64,000 bases of DNA from Antedon mediterranea (taxonomy: Eukaryota > Animalia > Echinodermata): contig NC_092678.1 in NCBI RefSeq assembly GCF_964355755.1, positions 24,817,365-24,881,364 on the forward strand. The letters run 5' to 3'. The position numbers and the translations under genes were made by a program. Shown here in pieces: positions 1 to 13,600 of the stretch. Each line of letters begins with the position of its first letter. The stretch's first letter is position 1. The notes under the pieces are model-generated. The model was given only the letters and a program-made list of their open reading frames with translations. It was not told the origin of the DNA and made no database searches.

Positions 1-366
1 GCGATTAAACATGATGTTTGGGTCTGATTATTTTCGATACGTGTGCGACCGATCCTTCATCATCAGTCAGACTTATTAATGTCCAAGTCGTGTATCTCAA
101 GATATACACACGGGACATTGTCTATACACACGGGTTGAGTTGAGCAAGTGACAGTGTTCCGTTTCCATACAATTCGGATACATTTCTGTCATTTGTAGCA
201 TTTTAAATCTTAGTCACAACTACAAAGTACATATAGCACTTGTATGACAGATATCAAAATGATAAGCAGACATAACGCGATACTAAATTTTGTTTTAAGA
301 TTCAAGATAAATATTTTTGCTTCTGTAGATTTAAAAAAAAAACGACGACTAGAAATACATATTTAC

Positions 367-724
367 GAGTTCATTGAAGATGCACTATAAAGTCCTACTA
401 CCGTGGCTTCTTTCTTTGTTATACGGTGAAAATCGTGTTCAAAATAAATACAATGGTTATGAATAGTTAAAAATATAAAATATAAAAAACTTTTGTGATT
501 CTTTACATTTCACCTAGAGAGGACAATAAAAAGGTAATAAAGTTCATTGAAGATGCACTACATAGGCCTACTACCGTGTCTCTTTTCTTTGTTACACGGT
601 AATCTGTAAATTGCGAAAATCGTGTTAAAATTACAATGTATGTGAATAGTTAAAAACATACAATATAAAAGACTTTTGTAATTCTTTACATTTTACCTAG
701 GGATGACAATAAAAAGGTAATAAA
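367..724. repeat. ~175-bp imperfect tandem duplication
   Basis: AGTTCATTGAAGATGCACTA...AAAAAGGTAATAA occurs twice. Confidence 0.88.
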
Positions 725-1814
725 TAATGTCAAGTAGCAGTCGGAAGCCTCAATGACCTAAATCAAGTGATACATCATAACAACTAATATAACGAATAAA
801 TCACAAATCAATTGACCTCAAAATATCACCCCGTTCTCGTTTTCTAATAATGGTCTACTTCTGCTCTATTCATTTCATCGTGTAAACATTTCATTATGTT
901 CGCAAGATAGTAAATGGTTATTTCCGTTTCGAGGGTCTGATGCCTAAACACTATTAATAAGACCATGCAGAAATTATCCATGATAATACACAGTTTTAAA
1001 ATTATAATAGGTTACAGTTTTCATAACGAGGCTACTTAGCGTACGCGCATGTGCAAAAATCCACGCTGTTGTATACGCGCACGTTGAGTGACGTGCACGT
1101 TGAGTGACGCGCACGCCGGGTACCACTCGATGGTACTTACAGTTAGATGCGCGCGCGCGTCTACAAACTTGATTAGAGTGACCACAACAATTGAATAAAT
1201 GTACAGCACAACAACATATAAAATATTGTAGATTGTCGTTTGAATGCATATTTATTATCGATATGAATGAGTATAAATGTGATACAAATTTAATCAATAA
1301 TGTAATAATACTTAAAATTTTAAAATCAATCAATGATTTAATAATACAGAAAACCCCAATTTGTATTATCGCTTTAATATCATATATTAATAGTTGTAGT
1401 CATTTGACCAATGTTCTTCACTTCGAATCCTTTGAAACACAACATGTAATCAGTTATTGAGTGAGTCTGCACAGAATGACAATTAGACTCAAAAGCTTCA
1501 TATTCGAATGATAGACTTCTTATTTGGAGCATCCGTCATCCATAGCGTATCCTCATTTATCTACTTAGGTATGGTCACTTTCTGTAAAATATACCTGAAT
1601 GATTTTTCAGCAACATACATAGCTGTTAGAAGTACATAATCATGCCATGATCAATCATCAGTAAAACAGGATAAACATTATCACAGATTATATACTTCAA
1701 AATAAATATACCAATACAAATGTTCTGGAATAAAATCTTCCTGTATACCTTATTTATTTGGAACCGTGATGGTCATGGTAGCAACACATTTTTAAACAAA
1801 TGACTTCATACTAT

Positions 1815-2209
1815 ACCTTCCAAAGTCGATAACTTCCTAAGTTTGAAGTTGGTAACTTCCAAAGTTTGAAGTTGATAACTTCCAAAGTTTGAAGTTGATA
1901 AAACAAAGTTTGAAGTTTATGACTGCCAAAGTTTGAAGTTGATAAAACAAAGTTTGAATTTGATAAAACAAAGTTTGAAGTTGATAAAGCAAAGTTTGAA
2001 GTTGATAAAACAAAGTTTGAAGTTGATAAAACAAAGTTTGAAGTTGATAAACAAAGTTTGAAGTTGATAAAACAAAGTTTGAAGTTGATAAAACAAAGTT
2101 TGAAGCTGATAGCTTCCAAAGTTTGAAGTTGATAACTTCCAAAGTTTGAAGTTGATAACTTCCAAGTTTGAAGTTAATAAAACAAATTTTGAAGTTGATA
2201 AAACAAAGT
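1815..2209. repeat. 21/22-bp minisatellite with two unit types
   Basis: AAGTTTGAAGTTGATAA followed by AACA or CTTCCA. Confidence 0.93.
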
Positions 2210-3320
2210 CTTCCCCCGGAGATTTTTATGGAATCAACAAAGACTACATAATATAATCAATTGATTTTCAATAACTTCAATTTGAGTGCAAGTGCATACG
2301 ATAAATGATCAATCCAGTCTACTGAAAGATAATATAATATATAACTGTATGAAAAAATGCTAAACTTTAGTAGCAGGCTTTATAGGTTTCCTAATTCTTT
2401 GAAACGAGCGAGGGAAAATATCAAGGGGATACTTTTTTGAGCCCCAAATGTATTTTAACTTAATATGGGATGTACTGTTTTTACATTGTAGTAAATAAAA
2501 CTCGTTTTTACAAGTACTCTAGTACAATTATTTTCCTTTGAATGTTTTTGTACCTTTAATATTTTTCTGCATACAATGTACAGGTACATAATTCGTAAAA
2601 TTCATTTGTACGTGTTTATGGAAGGCAATCGCCGGCAAAAATACAAAAGTAAAACAATCAACGTACCTTCACAAACAAAAAACGTACTTTCACAAACGAA
2701 CGACCTACATCATTTGGTAAAGAAGGTTGTTCGTTTATCAATGTACGTTGTCTGCTTGTGATATATAGCGATATGTATTGTATCGAATTATTAAAATTCT
2801 TTACCTTTTTTGTTTATGTTTTGCAAATCTATTAATAGCGAGCAAATATCCTAATTACTACGAGTTTCATTTTTAGATCGAAAGAGAAAATGTAGCAATT
2901 TCAACCCAATTTCCATTTCCACTCTAACATTGAGTACCCAATTACAAAAAGATCATATCGTCGTCAAAAATTAAATAACTTTTGTGTGAAAAAGTTTGTT
3001 TGTAATCTGTACATAATTGAAATTGCTTGAAGGCATGGATAAATTGTGTTGTAAGATTGTGGAATACCAATGGGAAAAATAACAAAAAAGTCTACTTACC
3101 AGCAGTGTACTACTAGCTTCTTGACATCTTAGGTCAAAATGAATCTATAGTTAAAATATAAAAAAAAAACAGTAAGTGTCTTAAGTAATCATTCTCTTTG
3201 TTTAGTGTCAGTAATGTAGCCACAAGAAATAAAGTGACACGGTTTTCACAAGAAATTGAAACAATCTTTGTTCAAGCCACTGGGTTGTCAAAGGCCTCTG
3301 TCAAAAAAGTGGTCAGGTTG

Positions 3321-3463
3321 AAACCTTACCAACCATACTGATGGCTCCCTGAGCCCCATGATTGTTTAAAACCTTACCAACCATACTGGTGGCTCCCTGA
3401 GCCCCATGATTGTTTAAAACCTTACCAACCATACTGGTGGCTCCCTGAGCCCCATGATTGTTT
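3321..3463. repeat. 48-bp repeat x3 at the end of a decayed hAT-like element (~3209-3357)
   Basis: AACCTTACCAACCATACTGGTGGCTCCCTGAGCCCCATGATTGTTTAA. Confidence 0.88.
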
Positions 3464-4622
3464 GAACATTTGAATTTTTCTGTGTTTGGTCTATTTTTAT
3501 GTATTGTTTAAACTGTGTCTATTCCTTGTTTTGTTCTTAGTGAAGGATCAACGGAATATAGATGAGAGAGATGATTTGTTTCAGTCCACTATTCTGAATC
3601 AACTTGTGGCTATTGTTCAGTACTTTTTAATCGTTTTATTATTTTCTAAATATTATAATTAATTTTATAATATCTACATGAAACATCTTACAAGGTTGAA
3701 GGTCAGAAAGTGAAAAGGGTGAGAACCTAGTAAAAGTCACATTTTTGCTCATTACAACATTAATGACTTCAAATAATTTTAGTAAACTGAACAAAGAGAA
3801 AATGTTATGATAGATAAAATCTTCCAAGAAAAGTACAGAGTAGAATCTATTTTACACGTGCTGTCGTTGTCGATCGCTAGTAGCAAGGGAAAAGCACTTA
3901 ATGCTGACAAGAAACACCGACTAGTAACAATTACAAGAAGGTCGTTGACATGAAAAAGGCGTAGATGCGTTAACTGTGCTGAAACTATACTGGGAGTGAC
4001 AGTCACAACAAATTATCAACAAATATAGGAAATCATAGTGAAAGCCAAGAATGGTCATGTCACCAGCATTTACGATAAATACTGTAGGCTATGGAAAATA
4101 CAAATTAAAATAAGATTTTAAGAATGTGTAATTTAAAACTGTAGGAATTCAGAGGAGGTATTGATTTAATGATTCTGGAGATTTTTACCTTTATTATTAC
4201 ACAATTTTGTTATTATACAATTTTGCTAGGTGGATATTACAGTATATTAAGTAAGTGGTAGTACATATTACCTAACGTTATAAATATTACCTTGAATTAG
4301 ATTTTACAAAATATGCCATTATTAATTCCGAAATGGGCCACAAATAAATTCCATTAAAGATTCCAATTTTGAAGCTGACAAATGTGACTATGTATTAATG
4401 TATTCTTCAGATGGTTCAAGATATTCAAAAGTTCAAATCATTTTTGAACTTTTTCAATTGGGTTATCTGAATTGAAAAGAAGCGGGTCTTTATTTAATAA
4501 AGCAATTTAAAAATAATACCAGTTTATAACCGATGGGATTTGTATAACATTACAATACGCTGACAGAAGAGTGCAACTCATTTCTGTTGGCGAGAGATAT
4601 TCTACAATTGATGTCGTCAACC

Positions 4623-4786
4623 TTATGTCTTGGGACTCGGGCAATGTTCTACCCCAAACCTAAACCATGTGTGTTGTAAAGGTGGCTTATCAGTATTCAG
4701 TATTAGGAAGCAGAGAGGAAGATGTAACGGGACGGCGTCTGTAAACCCATTTGACGAGTTAATCACAACAGGTGCCGGACACAGAC
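4623..4786 (-). CDS. Candidate alternative terminal exon (GLCPAPVVINSSNGFTDAVPL...PSPKT*)
   Basis: Strong cttcctttgcag acceptor; only the phase-1 frame stays open (54 codons); locally raised GC. Confidence 0.4.
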
Positions 4787-6680
4787 CTGCAAAGGAAGCC
4801 TAATTAAGATGCAATAGAGATTTTGATAATCATTTAATTGCATAATTATTTTAATTGATTTTTCTTTCACAAAGTGTATCTTGAGCGCTATAAAACATTA
4901 ATGTCTTGAAATCAAATTCCACTCTCCTTCTATATGCTGTCGTCATCAATAAAACTATATGTATTTTTTTATGATTTCAACAGATACTTCATTTTTATTC
5001 ATTCAATAACACATCCTTACTCAACTAAATTCTAAGAAGTTTGAGGTTTTCAAAAAGATTTGTATAGAACAGGCATCAATAAATTAACCTGAAACTTTAC
5101 AGATGTATACAGATTTTGCTGGACAAGACGTACGTCCTGTTGGGAAATGAACAAGAGGTACGTAGGTGAACAAGTTTCATTTTGAATGACTATTTAATGG
5201 TTGGTCAAGCTTAACTCATCTTAAGTACAACAAATAAAATGACAAAAAATTAAATTAAACATGACTCGAGATTAAAATTAAATTAAAAATGTCCTTGATT
5301 CATAGAAATGTAGAAAAATAAAAATTGGAATTTTTCAAAAAACTGGTCCTTGAATTAAAAATATTGGTTGAAACTTGATTATCATATCCTATTTGAACTG
5401 AAGAATGTTCATTAATTATAGCTATCATAGTTTATCATTGGCTTTTAAAAAATATTTTGAATCCAATTAGATATTTTGACAAGAAAAACATCTGTTTTAA
5501 ACAACCCATGTACTTTATAACTAATTGATTAATTTAATAGTTGTGTTTTGTATATTATATAAAACATAAGAAGAAAATAAAAAATCTGTATATTGCTTTA
5601 AGATAAAAAGTAGTTGTAGCAGAAACATTTAAAGCAACTAGCTAAAGGCAGTTGATTAATCCTGGTGATTCAGGTCCAGGGACTATAAAAAAAGAAGCCA
5701 ATTTGATAACCACTTAACTTTATTTTTTTCATAATAATATAAATAAATTTCAACACGCAAGAAAAGTTGCCAATTACAGAGTGAGGTGCCTTAAGTCCAC
5801 TTTCTATGTGAACTTTTATTGATAAAATTCAATTTACAATTACGGTGACTTTTTCATATCTAAAATTAAATTGTCGGTCGGTTTTTTAATAGGGTGGGGC
5901 ATGCTGGGAAGGAAGAGGTAATTTTTGAAAAGCTGTTCCATTTCCAACATTTGTGGAGGCAATATTTATAGATATAACACTCATCAATTCATGTGTTGAA
6001 TACATTACTCCTAATTCACAGTTAATGTGTTTATTTTTTGTCAGAAAAACTTCATTTCAGTGTAAGTTGTAGGCACTTCTATCAATTTTTTTTAGTTCAT
6101 TTGTTGAGAAGTGAACCTCCAATAAAAAAATGGCAGTATTATTATTATGTTCTGTACTAAAGAAACATAAAGGTTTTAAAACCAATTTAAAATACATTCA
6201 CTTAGGATTGTACAAATTGAGGCTCAGCTTTGTTGAACAATTAAAAAGTGTGTCAAAGACGATTTCCTAGTTTTTAAAAAGAGACAAAAGTGTATCCTTC
6301 AATCCTATTCAAAATTCCCAAGTACAAATAACTGTATCTGGGTCAAGATTTCAAAGATAATGACAATGAATTGATAAGAATATAATATTAACAAGAACAT
6401 GCTAAGCTCTCAAAGGTATCTATTCATCAATAGTTTGATAATGAAATAGTCTTTTAAAAGCAATTGAATATTTTCTATAGTAAGTATACAAAAAGCCACA
6501 TCGATGTATTGCTGTAGTTATTAGGATTCTGGGTTATTCTATTTGAATGGGACATTTGTTATGTTAATACGTTTATTCTAAAAGTCAATGGCCTGATTTG
6601 TAGGCAAGTAATTTTTAACTTTAAACAGAAAATCTTTATGGATGGAAGTATCAGATATGTCCGGGACTCAGGCTTTCATT

Positions 6681-6830
6681 ATCTGTCTACACTATCAAAC
6701 TTTATGTGACAAACAAATGCCCATATTTTGACATGATGATGTATATCACTACCATAGTTGGGCATATCACTACCATTATAGGCACATCCCACTTTTCTTG
6801 TAAAACTAGTTTGATAGTGTAAACAGGGCT
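6681..6830. mobile_element. MITE family A copy
   Basis: Same TIRs and internal sequence. Confidence 0.8.
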
Positions 6831-7620
6831 TAAAGTGTGAAACAGGTTTGATCAACAAAAGCAGTGACAGTGTCTGTTTTTAACTCACGACAAGGATCAC
6901 TTAAAAAATCTCCCTCAAAATTAAAAACCTACTTTTGACGAACACTGTAATTAGAATGTTGTTGTGTTCATTGTCGTCAATTCCTACTTAATTCAAGATG
7001 TACAATAATGGAGCACAAAGGCTGCCTAGATACCATGATCTGTATTTCATTACCAAATTTGATATTTCAAATAAAAGGGGTATTAATAGTTTAAATAGAA
7101 TCTAAAGGTTGCCATTTCTAGGGCAGAATATTAGGAAAACGTTCAATGTTAATTATTTCAACCTATAGTGTATTCATTTTTGCATTAAATTTAGAACAAG
7201 AAAAAGGCTAATATATGTCTGGAGGCATAGAGAATCTGGGATAATTATGGGTTCCATTGTACAATCATTTGCACTCTGACAATTTTCAACACTTGATTAA
7301 ATCTTGATAATATCTTGATAACATCTTCTACAAGAATTCAAATCTTTTTTTTTGCACAAAATGTAATGGAAAGTTGCTAAAAAGATTGTTCTGTAGTGCT
7401 ATATTTTGCATCGTAATTATTATTATAATACTATTACCAGTAGCGATTACAATCTATTAATGATACAATCTTTCATTTGTATAGCAGCAAAAAAAAAAAA
7501 GCGTAAAAGTTCAGCAGTTCTTTCAGCTTTCAATCAACTATTCTCTGCTTTCGTCACCTTTCAGTGACTCTAAAGCTAATTGTTAAAAGCTAGGATAAAG
7601 CTAGCTTAAAGTATTGAATT

Positions 7621-7637
7621 TCAATGGTTGTCACAAC
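7621..7637 (-). CDS. DMTF1: Candidate DMTF1 terminal exon (GCDNH*)
   Basis: tctactgcag acceptor, phase 1, TGA at 7621-7623. Confidence 0.45.
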
Positions 7638-10600
7638 CTGCAGTAGACAAGATATGCTTCATTATTTATTCTGTCATAGGAATCAAAATGAAAGGTTTGT
7701 AATAAATCTTCTCAATGTATTAAAACCACACTCCATATAATAAGAGTTCTTTGATTGCTCAAAACTTTTTCACAAAGTTGAAAATTTGTAGATTAAAATT
7801 CACTCTATACAACCAATAATCTTTTATTCTTAAATGCATTATACGGAAGTCATAAATTTGAAGTTTAATCTGTTATAAAAAATAAAGCATTTGATAAATA
7901 ATGAACCAAGTTAACCCAGAAGATTGCCACTAATGGAAGGCATTATGTTGGCTATTCAAGTTTAAAGTAACTTTTTAGTTGATTCAATTCATTAATTGTT
8001 TCTGGCTTCAACTTGTCTTTTTATCGATTGTTATCAAAGGTAAAGAAAGTTTAGCAATAGTGGTATATGATGCTTGCCTTCAATACCAGGGTACAAATTC
8101 TACAGGAGACATACAAGTTGATGTAGTATATTTTAAAAATAAATGTTAACTTTTTGGTTAAACCAGTTGAAATTTGTTGAGAAAGTAGTATATTGCTATT
8201 AAATACATAATTGTGCAGACTATTCAACAAGTGTTACCCACTAGACTTTTTATAATCATAAGATAGAGATAATTGGGAGTTTTCGACCAACTGACCAATG
8301 ACAAACCTTGGTCAGGTCAATCAATGTTTGGTCGGTAGTTTCCTGGACCTGTGTCGAAGTGAGGATCAAGGTCATGCATCCCATCCGCATCCACATAAAC
8401 TAACATGACATACTTTGGTTGTTGGTGGTCGTAAATCGAAATAATAATAATAATAATTCAAATAAACATCACAAACCTTGCATGAACCAAATCAGCTCAA
8501 TATGATAAAAGAAATATTTGAAAGCAAAATTTATCGCAATAATCAATATAACAATAATCTTGTACTATTACCTGAAAGGGTGAAGACTGGGCTTGATAAC
8601 GTTGTATCATCTATCGTACTTGATGGAGGGCAAAGGTCAGATCCACCAGCATTTACAATTACTAGGGTACTTTGTGGATCATTCATCTATGAAAAAAAAC
8701 CAAATATTAACATTAAAAAAATATTCTATTTTAATGAAAAAAATTACTTCCTTAAAAAAAGAAATACTATATATCCTTGAGTATAATAAATCCTACTTTG
8801 GGTTTAATCCCACCCCCTACTTTATGTCTGAATTCCCAAACAGGCATATCCCCAGGTATATTCCCAATATTGATTTTTGGTCCTGAACCGAGTATAATTC
8901 GCACCTCACAAAGTTGGCCCAATTTTGTGTTCTAGGTGGGTGGGATTATACCAGAGGATATACTAGGTGGGTGGGATTATACCAGAGGATATACGGTACA
9001 ACAAAAACATAAGTATAATAATAATGGTAGATAATACATTGTTGTTATTGGTGCTTGATTTATGCCAGAAAAAACTGAATCATGAAAACCAAAATGGATT
9101 AAAAAGCTAATTGAAAAATAAGTTTTAATTTGGGCAAACCACATGAAATGTATCAATCAACCACAATGGAATACATTAGGATGTGATAACCACAATATTA
9201 GCAAGTACCTTCAACTTGCTAGCTTTCTAGACAACCAGCGGCTACATCAAGGAAACATTATAGGCTTGAGTAGTCTAGCTTTTAATTTTATTAGGAAAAA
9301 AATCCCTACTTTGTTATTCAAAAGACTGCTATAGATGCACCCCTTTACTCTACATTAAGGCCTAGCCCATGCACCCCTTCAATCCATTGATGCCCATCCC
9401 CTGCACCCCTTCTATCCATTGAATTCTATCCCCTCTGCACCCCTTCTATCCATGTGTTGCCCATTCCCCCTGCACCCCTTCTCTCTATTGATGCCTATCC
9501 CATACACCCCTTCTATCCATTATGTCCATCCTCTACACCTCTTCTATCCATTGATGCCCATCCCCTACACCCCTTCTATCTATTGATGCCCATTCCCCCT
9601 GCACCCCTTCTCTCTATTGATGCCTATCCCATACACCCCTTCTATCCATTATGTCCATCCCCTACACCTCTTCTATCCATTGATGCCCATCCCCTACACC
9701 CCTTCTATCTATTAATGCCCATCTCCCTGCAACCCTTCTCTCAATTGATGCCAATTCCCCAACACCTTCTCTCCATTAATGCCCAGCCCCCCTGATCCCT
9801 ATCTCTCCATTGACGCCCATCGCTCTCCATGTGTTGCCCATCCCCTGCACCAAATCTCTCACCATTTTCTATAAGTCAGTCAGACATTGTAAGAAACCAT
9901 TCAAAATCAATTAAAATATTCAAGAATACAAAATCTCAAGTTTCATTTCCTATTCCTTTCTTGGTCTATGAATTTATGTCGATAGTTAAACTTGCTGAAC
10001 TTTCTGATTTTTCCATTTTACAAATTACCTAATCTAAAAAACTAATCAGTAATTTCAAACAGCTTTTACAAAAACAGCTATAAAACAAGTTAATATCCTA
10101 AAAAGATTTACTGATCTCTCAATTCCAAATCCCCTTAAAAAAAAACCACAATTAAATGACTGTACTTTGCAACAACAGCACTAAATCAGAATTGGAAATA
10201 CAAAACAACAGGAGGCCATCAAAAGTACTCTACCCTATCTGAGTAGAATCCAAGCTTTAATTTTGTTCTCTATATTTCACTTACGCCACAATTACCAATT
10301 AATGAATTTTTTTAAGTATTTAAGAGCAAATTTAGTATTTAAGGAAAGTTTTTTTTTTGTTTTTTTTTTACATATGACTATTTTGCTTTTGTAGTTTAGT
10401 CACAAATCTGGAGCTCATGGGAGACCAGTATTTATGTATTGAAAGAGTTTTCTAGAATAAAGAAAGATATGAAATGAAAAAGCCCTATATTGCAACAGTT
10501 GGTCTATGGTATCAATGTCTCAGTTTGCAATTTTTAAATAATCAATCTGCCACTGTCTTATAATTCTATAACGACATACAATTCACACTAATTCTGCCAA

Positions 10601-13600
10601 AAACAAATAATTTGAGACCTTAAGATGATAGGATTGGTAGCTAAGTATACAGGTTACAACTCCTGAAAACAATTATTTAAGTATGTTATAAATATTAAGA
10701 ACACACTTAATTCGATGTGACAAGTTTGTGAACTGTGCAGAACAAAATCAAATGTTTGAGAGTGACACAATTTGAACGTTGGTGAGCTGTATTCAACAAG
10801 AACAAGAATGTTCAATGTACTATGTTATGCCAGAAATCATTAACCATTAGAGTCTGTCACAATTAAATGCCATTCACAAGAATCATAAAATGTACATTTG
10901 TGAACCTGTACTCAACATTAATGTTAACAAATTTAGGTTACGCCACAAATCACCACATAGAACCATTTAAACAGTGACATACCGTACAGTACATTCTATA
11001 TTGAAAGGCATTGAACTTCATTTAAAGCATAAATGTTTAATGTAAGAAATAAAATAAATGTGCATTCAACATGATCGAATGTTGTTTATTGGGTTAGATA
11101 TAAATCAGCACTCAAGAATCATTAAGAATTTGACAACAATTAAAAACCATTTAAATGTTCCAATTAGGAAGTCTATAAATTGTGCAAAAGGTTACAGTAG
11201 CAACCTACTATTAAGACCCACTAGCCGACGACATCGGCAGGGCTAGGGCGGTAATTTACAAGACGTGATTTCTGGCCAATTTATCAAATTAAAACACAGG
11301 AAGTTGCTGATAAATTTCGCAAGGTTCATTGATGAACAGACCGGCGACAATCTTAATAATTTACAACAATTTAAAAGCAGGGATGTTCTAGCGCCCTTAG
11401 GCTACTGTAGATTATACCATGGAGGAGGTATACCAACTGCTACAAACACAATCTTTAAATGCAAGTCTTTTTCTTTTCAGGCTGTTTGCCTTATAAAATC
11501 TAATATTATCGACATAGGCCAAGAACTCCAGTGAGATCTGTGCTTACGGCAATTTAAAATTCTTTTTCTTTAAATTCACATTTTGGTTATGTATCATATT
11601 TAAGTAGAAAATAATCTATGAACTTTGAAATAGAGTACAAACTTTGTTAGAGTAAATCAATTATAAAGCATCTCTTGCAGCAAACTTATGTAAATCATCT
11701 AATTTTTCAAAATTATTTTGAAAAGAAAATCTAACTTTAAAGTAAAAAAAGTAAAAGTAAAGTACTTAGTGCCAATATTTTTGTTTTAATCACAATCATT
11801 TTTTTTCAACAACTGAATATCTAAACATTAACTATTGAACATTTTGGAAGGTGTAATAAACCAGGACATGTGTTTTCAAAGCATATCATGAGACGAAATC
11901 TACCACAAAGAACCTTAGGCGTAAAAATTGTTTCAGTTACAAAATGAGGAAAGAGAGCGTCTAGAAACCCTGCTAGGATCCTAATGAAAGACAAATGGTG
12001 TGACTTAAGGGAATGCGTGCTTACATAGGATTCCACCTTTTTGGAGACCTCACAACACCTCAACTAGCACTCAGCCTTCACTACAATTAACCAGTTAATT
12101 CAACAAGGTGTTCCTCATCAAACAATTGCTACATTGTATCAGTTTTACCATCAAATGCCTAATTAAATTACCTCTTGAAATGTGATTAACAATCAAAATG
12201 AAATAAAAACATACTTTATTAGTAGACGTAACAATAATAGGCAAAATATGCAATTAAATGTTTGGCATGGTAATGATCAAGTTGTGCGTAGATAGTAATC
12301 ACATAGGTCATAGGTCATTGAACTCGCCCACTATTAAGATATTTAAGGAAATGATGTTTATTAAGCGTTTATGTTCTTTATACAAGTATCTGCACCTCAA
12401 AGTACAACACTGAACTTTATCTTCACAGCCTCTAGTTGATAATGAAAATAGCTTGCTTAAAAAAACTATATAATGAGTATCATATTGGAAGGTAGCACAT
12501 TATGTAAAACTATGCAACTTATTTGATACATTTTTGTACTGATTCAGGAAAAACAGCAATTGTATCTACCACATGTATACCACAAACAACACCAGATAAA
12601 CCATAGGTCTTATGTTCAGATGACCATGGTGTTCCCACAACATCCAGGGATTAGGTACTTATTTTAGGTAAGAGAGTTTTTTTGTAGGACCAACCACAAA
12701 ATATGCTTGAAGGCTAAACCTCAGACAGAGAGAGATGTGGTCAATAATAAGGTCAACAAACTATCAATATATCACAGACGTATTTTGAATTTAACAAAAA
12801 AGTGTGTTTGAAATATAATACATGGAATTTTATGGGAATGTGAAAGTTACAATGTGTTAATAATTTTACATGACAACATAGCATTAAATGTTCTTAGGCA
12901 AATTATGACTGTGCCATGCTGTATCACAGTATAAGGTCTTTAAATTAATGTGAGGTGAACAGTTTATGGTAATGACATCATATGGTTTACTGAACACTGA
13001 TTGGTTCAAAGTTTATCAACAGTCTCAAGATGTTTTTCCCTTAAATACACAGTATATTAGGTGACCAATTCTGTCATTGTTTTAAGTAACAAACTTAAGT
13101 AAGATTCTCAATATGTAAATAAAAGGACTAGATGAAAACCGACCACACAGGTATTAATTAAAAGGATCAATGTGTAATGTTATATTACTAATTAAAGGGA
13201 CTTTAAGAAGGCTACATTTTAGCCCTATCATGAACTGGAGAAAGAGATAATCTAATACCACTATGTATGCTATTATGACTTAAGAAGATACTAAGAAGGT
13301 TGACTAAACATGATTTGGTGTGGAGCTGTTATTAGCCCTATCATTATCAATTTAAAGCAATAAGTTGATACTGTGTAATGTACCATCTTTACTCATGTTT
13401 TGACTTAGATTGTTAGAAGGTTATTCTTAAGTTTAGAGCTAAAAACTAACACTATCATTAGTAAGTATACAAGATAACTTAATACCATAATGCCCTCTGT
13501 TTATTCATGTTAAGTGTTGCTTTTTGTAAACAACATACTGGGCAAACAAAATAGGGACTAATTAAAACCGGTACTGAATATCCACTATGAAGAAATAATC

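Noticed and set aside
1811-2165. Three overlapping repeat ORFs
   Set aside because: Minisatellite artefacts; no splice signals or domain.
5103-5157. Plus-strand exon-like segment (ctttacag...GAG|GTACGT)
   Set aside because: No partner exons or recognisable coding frame could be linked to it.
8478-8886. Plus-strand ORFs of 97-100 aa
   Set aside because: Antisense shadows of the DMTF1 exon 8572-8686 and an adjacent MITE.
9454-9795. Proline-rich 113-aa ORF
   Set aside because: Derived from the C-rich tandem repeat.
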